Assembly: GCA_047602405.1 (NCBI GenBank)
Contig: JASGHJ010000002.1
Span: 288,001-352,000 of the forward strand
Origin: Anaeromyxobacteraceae bacterium
Lineage (GTDB): Bacteria; Myxococcota; Myxococcia; Myxococcales; Anaeromyxobacteraceae
Direction: 5' to 3'
DNA: 64,000 nucleotides
Shown here: piece after piece, positions 44,258 to 53,100 of the stretch
Layout of the letters: the number at the start of each line of letters is the position of its first letter
Position numbering within the stretch: the first letter of the stretch is position 1
Position numbers and translations under genes: made by a program
Notes under the pieces: model-generated
Database searches by the model: none
The model's input: only the letters and a program-made list of their open reading frames with translations
What the model was told of the DNA's origin: nothing

Positions 44258-46021
44258 ATGAAATTCACCTGCGAACGCTGCAGCGCGCAGTACATGATCT
44301 CGGACGACAAGGTCGGGCCGGCCGGGGTCAAGGTCCGCTGCAAGAAGTGCGGGAACGTCATCCACGTGCGGCACGCCGAGGCCGGCGCCGCCGACGCGCC
44401 CGCGCCCGGCGCGAGCGGCGCGGCCGCGACGCCCGGCGCCGGGCTCGACGCCGAGCTCGGCCAGGCGTTCGACAGCGCCTTCGGCGGCGGCGGCGAGAAC
44501 CCCGACGCGACCCAGGCGATGACCTCCGCGGACGCGGCCAAGATCGCGACGGCCCCCGAGCCGCCGGCCGGCGAGTGGTACGTCGCCATCGGGCAGGCGC
44601 AGGTCGGCCCGCTGCCGCTCGCCGAGGTGAAGAAGAAGTGGGAGGGCGGGGAGATCACGCCCGACTCGCTCGCCTGGCGGCCGGGGATGGGCGACTGGAC
44701 CCCGATCTCGACCGTGCAGGACCTCTCGGCGTACCTCGCCACGGTCCCCCGCGCCGCGGTGCGCCCCTCGCGCCCGGCCATGGAGGCGGCCCGCGACTCC
44801 GTCCCGCGCTACTCCACCTCGACCGGGATGCCGGCGGTCTCCGCCGCGTCCGCCGGCACGCCCGCGAAGGGCACCCCCGCCGCGCCCGAGCCCGGCTGGA
44901 AGCCGGCCGGCGCGAGCGCGCTCGCGGCGCTCGCGAACGAGGAGATCGCCGCGCGCAACGCGCCGGAGCCGGCGCGGCCCGCGCCCGCCGCGAAGCCGGC
45001 CGGCGGCACGCTCGTCGACGCGATGAACCTGCCGGAGGGCGGGGTCGATCCGACCGGCGCCATCCCGCTCGCCATCAAGGGCATGGAGAAGACCGAGGAG
45101 CGGAAGGTCTCCTCGATCGCCCAGTCCGCCGCGAAGCAGCGCCGCTCGCGCGGCGTGCTCGTGGGCGTGGTGGTGACCCTGCTCGTCGTCGCGGGCGGCG
45201 TCGCCGCGGCGGTGTTCACGGGCCTGATCCACGTGCCCGGCGTGGACCTCGGCGAGAAGCCCGCGCAGGTCGCGGCCGCGCCGGCCCCCGCTGCGATCCC
45301 CACGCCGGCGGCCGCTCCGGCGCCGCCCCAGCCCGCGCCGACGGCCGTCGCCGCCGCGCCGGCCGCCACCACCCAGCCCACGCCGGCCGTCGCCGAGCCG
45401 ACGAAGGCCGACCCCCCGCCGCCCGCGCCGGTCGAGCCGCCGAAGGCCGCGCAGCCGGCCCCGAAGCCCCAGGTCGCGGCCGCCGAGCCGCCCGCGAAGC
45501 GCGGCCGCGACGCGGTCAGGAAGGGCGGCAAGACCACCATCGCCCGGTCGGAGCCCGCGCCCGCGCGCGAGGCCCCGGCCCCGGCGCCCGCGCCGGCGAA
45601 GAAGGGCGGCGGCGGCGTGCTCGACTTCGACGAGGGCGACGCGGCGCTGAAGGAGGCGCTCGGCGGCTCGGCGCAGCAGGGCAGCCGCTCCGTCTACGTC
45701 CCGCCCGCGCCCGGCGGCGCGGGCGGCGGCAGCCTGCCCGCCTCGGTGTCGACCTCGCAGATCCAGGAGGCCGTGGCGGGCCGGGTCGACTCGCTCCGGC
45801 GCTGCGTCTCGGAGCAGAAGGCGCGCGATCCGGACGCGTCCGGCACGCTCAAGATGGCGTGGACCATCGCGGGCGACGGGTCCCCGAAGGACGTGCGCTG
45901 CGTGACGCCCGAGTACGCGAGCGGCCAGTTCGCCGCCTGCATCGGCGGGGTCATCAAGAACATCCGGTTCCCGCGGTCGCAGACCTCGGGCCAGCCGGTC
46001 ACGTTCCCGTTCTCGTTCTGA
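44258..46021 (+). CDS. gltJ: AgmX/GltJ: zinc ribbon - GYF_2 - TM - TonB-C-like
   Basis: CERC..CKKC zinc ribbon, WYVAIGQAQVGP..LAWRPGMGDW GYF_2, a TM segment and C-terminal VTFPFSF. Confidence 0.87.
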   Translation: MKFTCERCSAQYMISDDKVGPAGVKVRCKKCGNVIHVRHAEAGAADAPAPGASGAAATPGAGLDAELGQAFDSAFGGGGENPDATQAMTSADAAKIATAPEPPAGEWYVAIGQAQVGPLPLAEVKKKWEGGEITPDSLAWRPGMGDWTPISTVQDLSAYLATVPRAAVRPSRPAMEAARDSVPRYSTSTGMPAVSAASAGTPAKGTPAAPEPGWKPAGASALAALANEEIAARNAPEPARPAPAAKPAGGTLVDAMNLPEGGVDPTGAIPLAIKGMEKTEERKVSSIAQSAAKQRRSRGVLVGVVVTLLVVAGGVAAAVFTGLIHVPGVDLGEKPAQVAAAPAPAAIPTPAAAPAPPQPAPTAVAAAPAATTQPTPAVAEPTKADPPPPAPVEPPKAAQPAPKPQVAAAEPPAKRGRDAVRKGGKTTIARSEPAPAREAPAPAPAPAKKGGGGVLDFDEGDAALKEALGGSAQQGSRSVYVPPAPGGAGGGSLPASVSTSQIQEAVAGRVDSLRRCVSEQKARDPDASGTLKMAWTIAGDGSPKDVRCVTPEYASGQFAACIGGVIKNIRFPRSQTSGQPVTFPFSF

Positions 46022-46105
46022 GTTTCCGGGGCGCTCGTCCCTCGACCTTGGCCCGCCGCGCGGGCCCACGCTCGGGACGAACGGCCCGCCCCACCCCGGC
46101 AGCAA
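46021..46105 (+). repeat. REP-like palindromic element copy 3
   Basis: CGTCCCTCGACCTTGGCCCGCCGCGCGGGCCCACGCTCGGGACGAACG with the same flanks as copy 2. Confidence 0.8.
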
Positions 46106-46115
46106 GGGAGCCGAG

Positions 46116-47232
46116 TTGGCCATCAGCCCGAGTCTGCCGCCCAGGGTGGCGTGGCGCACGCTCGCCGACATGGGGCCGGCGGAGCTCGAGATGCTGCGCC
46201 TGATCCTGCGCGGCGGCTCGGTGATCGACTGGCGCCGGCTCGACTTCAAGACGCCGCAGGAGGTGGACGCGTTCCTCGCGCTCAACCTCTTCGACCTCGA
46301 GGACCTGCGCGACGAGCGCCGGGTGCGGGCGATCCTGCTGCAGGCGGTGGAGTACCTGCGGGCGGCGTTCGGGTACCGGGTGGCGGAGCCGGTGGCGCGG
46401 CCGGAGGACCTGCGCGAGCTGTTCCTGCTCGCCTCGGGCGCGCTCGAGCCGAAGCGGTACCGCCGCATCGCGTGCGTCGTCTTGAAGGTGATGCACGTCA
46501 TCCACCACCTGGAGGCGCGCGAGCTGCTCTTCCGCACGCCCATCCGGGAGGCGGACCTCGCGGACCGGGTGCACCGGCGGGTGATGGGCGAGGCGGAGCG
46601 GATGCGGACGGCCGGGCTGCCGATCGTGGAGTTCGCCGGCAACCGCAAGCCCCGGCCCTCGCTCGTGACGAAGCTGCTCGCGAAGCGGGAGACCGTGGCG
46701 GCGCAGGTGTTCGACCGCGTGCGCTACCGGGTGGTGACGGAGCGGCCCGACCAGAATCGTCTCGGTGGTGTGGCACCTCACCCAGACGCTGTTCCCGTTC
46801 AACTTCGCGCTGCCCGGGCAGACGCAGAACAACCTCGTGCGCTTCTCGGAGCTGCTCGAGGCGCACCCGAAGGGCGCCGAGGTCGCCGAGCAGCTGCAGC
46901 TCCCGATCGAGCTCGAGGCGCGCGACCCCGCCGCGCCACGGAACGAGTTCTCGGGGCGCGGGTACCGGGTGCTGAACTTCGTCGTCGACCTGCCGGTGCG
47001 GATCGACGACCTCATCCCCCCGCTCGACCCCATGGCGGACGAGCTCGGGCGGGTGGTCTTCTCGCTCGTCGAGTTCCAAATCATGGACGCCGCGACGGCG
47101 AAGCAGAACGAGGAGGGGGACTCCTCGCACGAGCGGTACAAGCGCCGCCAGCTGCAGCGCGTGCTCCGCCGGCTGTCGCGCGGGCTCGTCGTGCCGAAGA
47201 AGGGCGCGAGGACGACCGGCGACGGGGAGTAG
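46116..47232 (+). CDS. TIGR04552-like protein with RelA/SpoT-synthetase-like motifs (one +1 frameshift at ~46755)
   Basis: LILRGGSVIDW N-terminus; RKPRPSLVTKL, FDRVRYRV, GYRVLNF, VEFQIMD and EGDSSHERYK; SD GGGAG before TTG. Confidence 0.72.
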
Positions 47233-47309
47233 GGAAACAGGAGCGGGAGCAGATGCGTGAGCAGGAGGAGCGGTAGGCGGAGCTGGAGCTGAAGCGGATG
47301 CGGAGGCGG
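47233..47309. repeat. Degenerate hexamer tract (GGAGCG/GGAGCT/GGATGC-like)
   Basis: Purine-rich 6-nt periodic sequence between convergent stop codons. Confidence 0.5.
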
Positions 47310-49039
47310 TCACGCGGCGGCCTCCTGCGCGACGGGGGCGGTCGAGGGCGGGGCCGCGGGTTCGTCCCGGTCCTCCGGATCCAGCACGGCGAGCTCGAGG
47401 CCGTCGCGTTCGAAGAACTCCCAGACGAGGTCGCCGGGAGCCCGTCCGCTCACGCGGATGAAGCCCTGGTGGATTGCGATGAGGTGGTGGGCGGCGCAGA
47501 GGGCGACGAGGTTCCAGTGCTCCGAGCAGCCGCCGTGCGAGCGGAAGCGGATGTGGTGGAGGTGCTCGGCCGGGTGGGAGCAGCCGGGGACTCGGCAGCG
47601 GCAGCCGTCGCGCTTCATGACCGCGTCGGTCTTCTTCCAGAGGGCGGAGGCGAGGTCGATCCACGTCTTCGTGAAGTGGGCGCTCATCATGAAGAGTGCC
47701 TGGCCAGGGGTGAGGCCGGGCCCGGTGCGCAGGCGGGCGGCGGTGACGGCGTCGCGGAAGAGGGCGTCGACGTCCTCGGGGACGGAGAGCCTCACCTCTC
47801 CCGAGGACCACATCTGACGATCTCGCTCCTCGCGGGCTTTCCGCTTCGTGTCGAGCGCGGGCTTGGCGGCGGCGCTCTCGATGCGCGCCTTCACGTCGGT
47901 CGGCGTCGCGACCTCCGCCACGGCGCGGGCCTGCTCGTAGGAGAGCGTGCCGTCGCGGAGCGCGGCGCGAAGGTCGGGCAGTGCCTTCAGGTTCCGCTCG
48001 AGCGTCATCCGCTGCCGCGCCGTGGACGGTGCGATGCCGAGGGGCCTCGACGCAGAAGGCCTCGAAGCCGCCGACGGCGTGCCCCTGGACGACGAAGCCC
48101 TTCCATGCCCGGAAGAACTTCACGAGCACGAGCGCCCTGCCGAGCCGCTCGTCGTCGGAGAGCCGAACCCTCACGAGGCGCTCGAGCTCGCGGAGGAGCG
48201 CCCGGGGGCGGCGGGGCCGAGGCCAGGGAGGTGCGGCTGGAGGGGCAGGGCGCGCCACACCTGACGAACCCGCGCCGGCAGACGCGCCGACCTCGCGCGC
48301 CACGCCTGATGATCCCGCGCAGGCCTCGCCGCGCGCCACACCTGACGATCCGCCCTCCAGGTGCTCCGGCAGCGGAAACCCGCCGAGGAACTCCATCGAG
48401 AGCGCCTGGAGGATCCTCCAGTTCGGCGCATCGAGGTCGCCGAGCACGATGGAGGCGACGCCGAACGCGTCCTCCACGCCCTCGCGGTGGACCGGGTCGT
48501 CGTCGAGCTTCGCGGCGAGCTGCCGCCAGCCGAGTTCGTACGGGTCCCTTCCGGGCCTCGTGAGCTTCTCGAGCGCCCGCACCGTCCTGAGCCTCGCGAG
48601 CTCCAGCCAGCGCTGCTCCTCCGCTCCGAACGCGACCTCGACGATCGCGTCCACCTTCCGGAGCGAGAACTCCCCCGCGATCACGGCCGCCCTGAGGAGC
48701 GGGCGCACCGCAAGCTTCTCGGCCATCGCCGCGAGCCAACGTGCATGCTGCGGATCGATCCCCAGCCGATCGAGCGCGAGAATCGCCGATGCCGTTGTAG
48801 CCGAGCTTGAGGTCGTGCTGACGGAGCGCCGCGAGCCCCTCGCCCACCGCGAGGTCCTTCGCGCCTCCGCCCTTCGCGAGCTTCACCGTGAGAGAGCCGA
48901 GTCGATGCGCATCCGCCCCGGAGAGCGGGTGCAGCGCGGGCGCACCCTTCGCTGCCTCCATGCGCGCCTCGAGCCGCGTGAGGAGGGCGTCATCTCCTTC
49001 TGCCGCAACGCTTTCCGCGATCTGGAATCGGCGGGCCAT
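47310..49039 (-). CDS. DUF222-like HNH endonuclease (two +1 frameshifts at ~48042 and ~48781; ~575 aa)
   Basis: C-terminal RDGCRCRVPGC..HLHHIRFRSHGG..NLVALCAAHH; two internally similar helical modules. Confidence 0.82.
48250..48351 (-). repeat. Three 21-bp direct repeats inside the HNH gene (encode GSSGVAR)
   Basis: GCGCGCCAC[A/G]CCTGA[C/T]GA[A/T]CC at 48250, 48295 and 48331, with spacers of 24 and 15 bp. Confidence 0.85.
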
Positions 49040-49048
49040 CTGAACGGA

Positions 49049-49070
49049 AGTCTAGTGCCAGGGTCTGACA
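49049..49070 (-). promoter_or_regulatory. RecA-NDp/PafBC-like promoter of the HNH gene
   Basis: TGTCAG-N10-TAGACT, 9 nt upstream of the ATG at 49039. Confidence 0.6.
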
Positions 49071-49300
49071 TTCCACGGTCCAGACGCGGCCCCGCTCGAG
49101 GCGGAGGCGCTCGCCGCGACGCTGCCGTCGGAGGAACTGGAGCAGAACCGCGGCCCGGCGCGTCCCGACGTGGGGCGCTGCGGGCGTCATCGCGCTCGCG
49201 CTCGCCGCGTTCCTGGCGCTCGCCCTCGCCTCGCGCCGAGCGCGCAGCCCTTCGCGCCGTGACCCGCAGGGCCGCGCCGCCGCGCCCTCACCCGGACCCC

Positions 49301-49744
49301 TCACCGCCCCACCGGCGCGCTCACCCGGAACACGTGGCCGTCCGGGTGCGCGAGCCGGAGCTCGCGGACGCCCCACGGCTCGTCGACCGGCGGCGCCATG
49401 ACCGCCGCGCCGACCGCGCGGGCCCGCGCGTAGGCCTCGTCGACCTCGCGGCACGAGCCCACCCAGAGCGTCATCCAGGTCGCCCCCGCGTCGTCGTCGC
49501 TGCCGGGCAGCGGCGGCTTGCCGCCCCGGAGCCCCTGGGCGTCCTTGCAGAGGAAGATCTCGATCTCCCCCGCGCCGACGCTCGCGAAGTGGGCCGGGCC
49601 GTGGGCGTCCCCGTCGGCCGATCCCGGGATCATCCCGCCCGCGTTGAACGTGAAGCAGCGCCGGAACCCGAGCGCCTCGAACCAGCGCAGGCTCGCGGGC
49701 ACGTCGGAGACGTTGAGGATGGGGGTGACGGCGGTGACGTTCAT
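49301..49744 (-). CDS. VOC/glyoxalase-bleomycin resistance family protein
   Basis: VTPILNVSDVPASLRWFEALGF..VDEAY..PPVDEPWGVRELRLAHPDGHVF. Confidence 0.88.
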   Translation of the reverse strand: MNVTAVTPILNVSDVPASLRWFEALGFRRCFTFNAGGMIPGSADGDAHGPAHFASVGAGEIEIFLCKDAQGLRGGKPPLPGSDDDAGATWMTLWVGSCREVDEAYARARAVGAAVMAPPVDEPWGVRELRLAHPDGHVFRVSAPVGR

Positions 49745-49781
49745 CCCGCGGTGATAACCGGACGCCCGGCCGGGCGCCCGG

Positions 49782-51032
49782 TCAGACCACCCCCGCACGC
49801 CGCAGCGCGTCCTGCTCCGCCTCGGAGAGCCCGAGCTCCCGGAGGACCTCCGCCGTGTGCTGCCCCAGGGTCGGGGGCGCCCGCGGCGGCACCACCGGCG
49901 TGCCGGACAGCCGGATCGGCGAGGCCACGAGCGCCGCCCGGCCGGCGACCGGGTGCTCCACCTCGACCCGCATGCCGCGGTGCCGGACCTGGGGATCCGC
50001 GAACACCTGCCCGAGGTCGTTGATGGGCCCGCAGGGCACGCCGGCGGCCTCGAGGGGCTCGATCCAGGCGGCGCGGGGCCGCGCCGCGAGGGCCGGGGCG
50101 AGGAGCGCCACGAGCGCGTCCCGGTGCCGGACCCGGGCGGCGTTGGTCCGGAAGCGAGGGTCGTGCGCGAGCCCGGGCAGCCCGAGGACCTCGCACAGCC
50201 TCCCGAACTGCCCATCGTTGCCGACCGCGATGACGAGGTGCCCGTCGGCGGCGAGGAAGCTCTGGTACGGCACGATGCTCGGGTGCGCGTTGCCGAGCCG
50301 GCCGGGCGGCCTCCCGGTCGTGAGGTACGCCTGGGACTGGTTCGCGAGCATCGCGACCTGCACGTCGAGGAGCGAGAGGTCCACGTGCTGGCCCTGCCCG
50401 GTGCGATCGCGGTAAGCGAGCGCGGCGAGCACCGCGGTCGCGGCGTACATGCCGGTCATGACGTCCGTCACCGCGACGCCGACCTTCACCGGCCCGCCGC
50501 CGGGCTCGCCGTCCGGCGCGCCGGTGACGCTCATGAGCCCGCCCATGGCCTGGAGCAGGAGGTCGTAGCCGGCGCGGTGCCGGTACGGCCCGGTCTGGCC
50601 GAAGCCGGTGATGGAGCAGTAGACGAGGCCCGGGTGCTCCCGCGCCAGGGAAGGGTAGTCGAGGCCGTACCGCTCGAGGCCGCCCACCCGGTGGTTCTCG
50701 AGCAGCACGTCGGCGCGGGCCGCGAGGCGGCGCACGAGGGCCTGGCCCTCGGGGCGGGCGAGGTCGACGGTGATGGAGCGCTTCCCGCGGTTCGCGGAGA
50801 GGAAGTACGAGGACTCGGCGGTCTCGCGCCCGTCCGCGTCCGCGAGCCAGGGAGGGCCCCAGCCGCGCGTGTCGTCGCCCGCGCCGGGGCGCTCCACCTT
50901 CACGACGTCGGCGCCGAGGTCGGCGAGCACCTGGGAGGCCCACGGGCCCGCGAGCACGCGGGAGAGGTCGAGCACGCGCAGGTGGCCGAGCGGGCCCGGC
51001 CGGGAGGGTCGTTCCGCTGTGCGAAATGACAT
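49782..51032 (-). CDS. CaiB/BaiF class III CoA-transferase
   Basis: RVLDLSRVLAGPW..LADLGADVVKVE..NRGKRS..GFGQTGPY..GYDLLLQ. Confidence 0.93.
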   Translation of the reverse strand: MSFRTAERPSRPGPLGHLRVLDLSRVLAGPWASQVLADLGADVVKVERPGAGDDTRGWGPPWLADADGRETAESSYFLSANRGKRSITVDLARPEGQALVRRLAARADVLLENHRVGGLERYGLDYPSLAREHPGLVYCSITGFGQTGPYRHRAGYDLLLQAMGGLMSVTGAPDGEPGGGPVKVGVAVTDVMTGMYAATAVLAALAYRDRTGQGQHVDLSLLDVQVAMLANQSQAYLTTGRPPGRLGNAHPSIVPYQSFLAADGHLVIAVGNDGQFGRLCEVLGLPGLAHDPRFRTNAARVRHRDALVALLAPALAARPRAAWIEPLEAAGVPCGPINDLGQVFADPQVRHRGMRVEVEHPVAGRAALVASPIRLSGTPVVPPRAPPTLGQHTAEVLRELGLSEAEQDALRRAGVV

Positions 51033-51068
51033 TCCGAAATTCTAATCATCGTGGTTGACAGCGGAACG
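51010..51068. promoter_or_regulatory. Divergent promoter with probable IclR operators
   Basis: 11-bp inverted repeat CGTTCCGCTGT (51010-51020) / ACAGCGGAACG (51058-51068), the latter overlapping TTGACA; AT-rich island. Confidence 0.5.
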
Positions 51069-51108
51069 GGCCTCCGCCACCGTGCCTCGGGAGGATGGCC
51101 GCCCGCCG

Positions 51109-51888
51109 ATGACGCCGCCCGCCGCGCCGAAGGACCGCCGGTTCGTCACCGCGCTCGCGCGCGGGCTCGAGCTCCTGCGCGCGTTCGGCCCCGGCGACCG
51201 CTGGCTCGGGAACCGCGAGCTCGCGGCGCGCACCGGGCTCCCGAGGCCCACGGTCTCCCGGCTCACGCACACGCTCACCGCGCTCGGCTACCTCCGCCAC
51301 GCGCCCGAGCGCGAGCAGTACGCGCTCGGCCCGGCGGTGCTGTCGCTCGGCTACGCGATGCTCGGGCAGCTCGACGCCCGCCGCGTGGCGCGGCCGCTCA
51401 TGCAGGCGCTGGCGGAGCACGCGGGCGTCTCGGTGAACCTGGGCGTGCGCGACCGGCTCGGGATGGTCTACCTCGACACCTACCGCAGCGCCTCCACCTT
51501 CGCGCTGCAGCTCGAGGCGGGCGCGCGCATCCCGATCGCCTCGACGTCCATGGGGCGCGCGCTCGTCTGCGGCCTCCCGGACCCGGCGCGGCGGGCGCTC
51601 CTCGAGGAGCTCAGGGCGGACGCCGGCGCGGGGTGGCCCGCCGTGAAGAAGGCGCTCGACCGCGCGCAGCGCGACTTCAAGGCGCACGGGCTCTGCTTCT
51701 CGCTCGGCGACTGGCGCAAGGAGGTCCACGCCGTCGCCGCGCCGCTCGTGACCGGCGACGGGGAGGTGCTGGTGTTCAGCGCGAGCGGCGCCGCGTTCCA
51801 GACCGGCCGCGAGCGGCTCGAGCGCGAGCTCGGCCCCCGGCTCAAGAACCTCGTGGACAACGTCCGTTCCGCGCTGCGGCACGGCTGA
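51109..51888 (+). CDS. IclR-family transcriptional regulator
   Basis: FVTALARGLELL..LPRPTVSRLTHTL..TSMGRA. Confidence 0.92.
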   Translation: MTPPAAPKDRRFVTALARGLELLRAFGPGDRWLGNRELAARTGLPRPTVSRLTHTLTALGYLRHAPEREQYALGPAVLSLGYAMLGQLDARRVARPLMQALAEHAGVSVNLGVRDRLGMVYLDTYRSASTFALQLEAGARIPIASTSMGRALVCGLPDPARRALLEELRADAGAGWPAVKKALDRAQRDFKAHGLCFSLGDWRKEVHAVAAPLVTGDGEVLVFSASGAAFQTGRERLERELGPRLKNLVDNVRSALRHG

Positions 51889-51900
51889 GGAGAGAGGCAG

Positions 51901-53094
51901 ATGGCGACGTCGACCGAGCTCACCGACTACATGGGCTTCCAGGCGCTCCTCACCGAGGAGGAGCGGCTGGTCCGCAGGGAGGCGCGGGCCTTCGTGAACG
52001 CGGAGGTGCTCCCCGTCATCGAGGAGCACGCGCAGGCGGGCACGTTCCCGCGGCAGCTCGTGGCCGGCATGGCCGCGCGCGGCTTCCTCGGGCCGACGCT
52101 CCCGCAGGAGTACGGCTGCGCCGGGCTCGCGAACGTGGCCTACGGGCTCCTCATGTACGAGCTCGAGCGGGGCGACTCCGCCATCCGCAGCTTCGCCTCG
52201 GTGCAGGGCTCGCTCGTGATGTTCCCCATCCACGCGTACGGCTCCGAGGCGCAGAAGCGGCGCTGGCTGCCGAGGCTCGCGGCGGGCGAGGCGATCGGCT
52301 GCTTCGGCCTCACCGAGCCGGACTTCGGCTCGAACCCCGCGGGCATGAAGACGCGCGCGGTGCGCCAGGCGGGCGGCCCATCTGGAAGGGCACGGTGGCG
52401 GCTCGACGGCACGAAGATGTGGATCACGAACGGCACGATCGCCGACGTGGCGGTGGTCTGGGCGCGGACCGACGACGGCGTGCGCGGGTTCCTGGTCGAG
52501 AAGGGGACCCCGGGCTTCTCGGCGCCGGAGATGAAGGGGAAGTGGTCGCTCCGGGCCTCGGTGACCTCCGAGCTCGTGCTCGACGGCGTCGTGGTGGACG
52601 AGGAGCAGGGCCTGCTCCCGGGCGTGAAGGGCCTCAAGGGGCCGCTCTCGTGCCTCAACCAGGCCCGCTACGGGATCGCCTGGGGCGTGCTCGGCGCGGC
52701 CGACGCCTGCTACCAGTGCGCGCTCGACTACGCGCGGGAGCGCGTCCAGTTCGACAAGCCCATCGCGTCCTTCCAGCTCCAGCAGGAGAAGCTCGCGTGG
52801 ATGGTCACCGAGCTCACGAAGGGCCAGCTCCTCGCGCTCCAGCTCGGCCGGCTCAAGGACCAGCACCAGGTGACCCCGGCGCAGGTCTCGATGGCGAAGC
52901 TGAACAACGTGCACGCCGCGCGCGAAATCGCGAGCCGGGCGCGCACGGTGCTCGGCGCGAACGGGATCGTCGGCGAGTACCCGATCATGCGCCACATGGC
53001 GAACCTCGAGTCGGTCTACACGTACGAGGGCACCCACGACATGCACCTGCTCATCGTGGGCGAGGAGATCACCGGGATCCCGGCGTTCCGGTAG
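51901..53094 (+). CDS. gcdH: Acyl-CoA dehydrogenase, glutaryl-CoA dehydrogenase family
   Basis: ELERGDSAIRSFASVQGSLVM..GCFGLTEPDFGSNP..RHMANLESVYTYEGTHDMH. Confidence 0.82.
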   Translation: MATSTELTDYMGFQALLTEEERLVRREARAFVNAEVLPVIEEHAQAGTFPRQLVAGMAARGFLGPTLPQEYGCAGLANVAYGLLMYELERGDSAIRSFASVQGSLVMFPIHAYGSEAQKRRWLPRLAAGEAIGCFGLTEPDFGSNPAGMKTRAVRQAGGPSGRARWRLDGTKMWITNGTIADVAVVWARTDDGVRGFLVEKGTPGFSAPEMKGKWSLRASVTSELVLDGVVVDEEQGLLPGVKGLKGPLSCLNQARYGIAWGVLGAADACYQCALDYARERVQFDKPIASFQLQQEKLAWMVTELTKGQLLALQLGRLKDQHQVTPAQVSMAKLNNVHAAREIASRARTVLGANGIVGEYPIMRHMANLESVYTYEGTHDMHLLIVGEEITGIPAFR

Positions 53095-53100
53095 CGGGGG

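Noticed and set aside
48250..48351. CRISPR array
   Set aside because: Only three 21-bp repeats with short unequal spacers, in frame within a CDS, with no cas genes or leader. Kept as a repeat finding instead.
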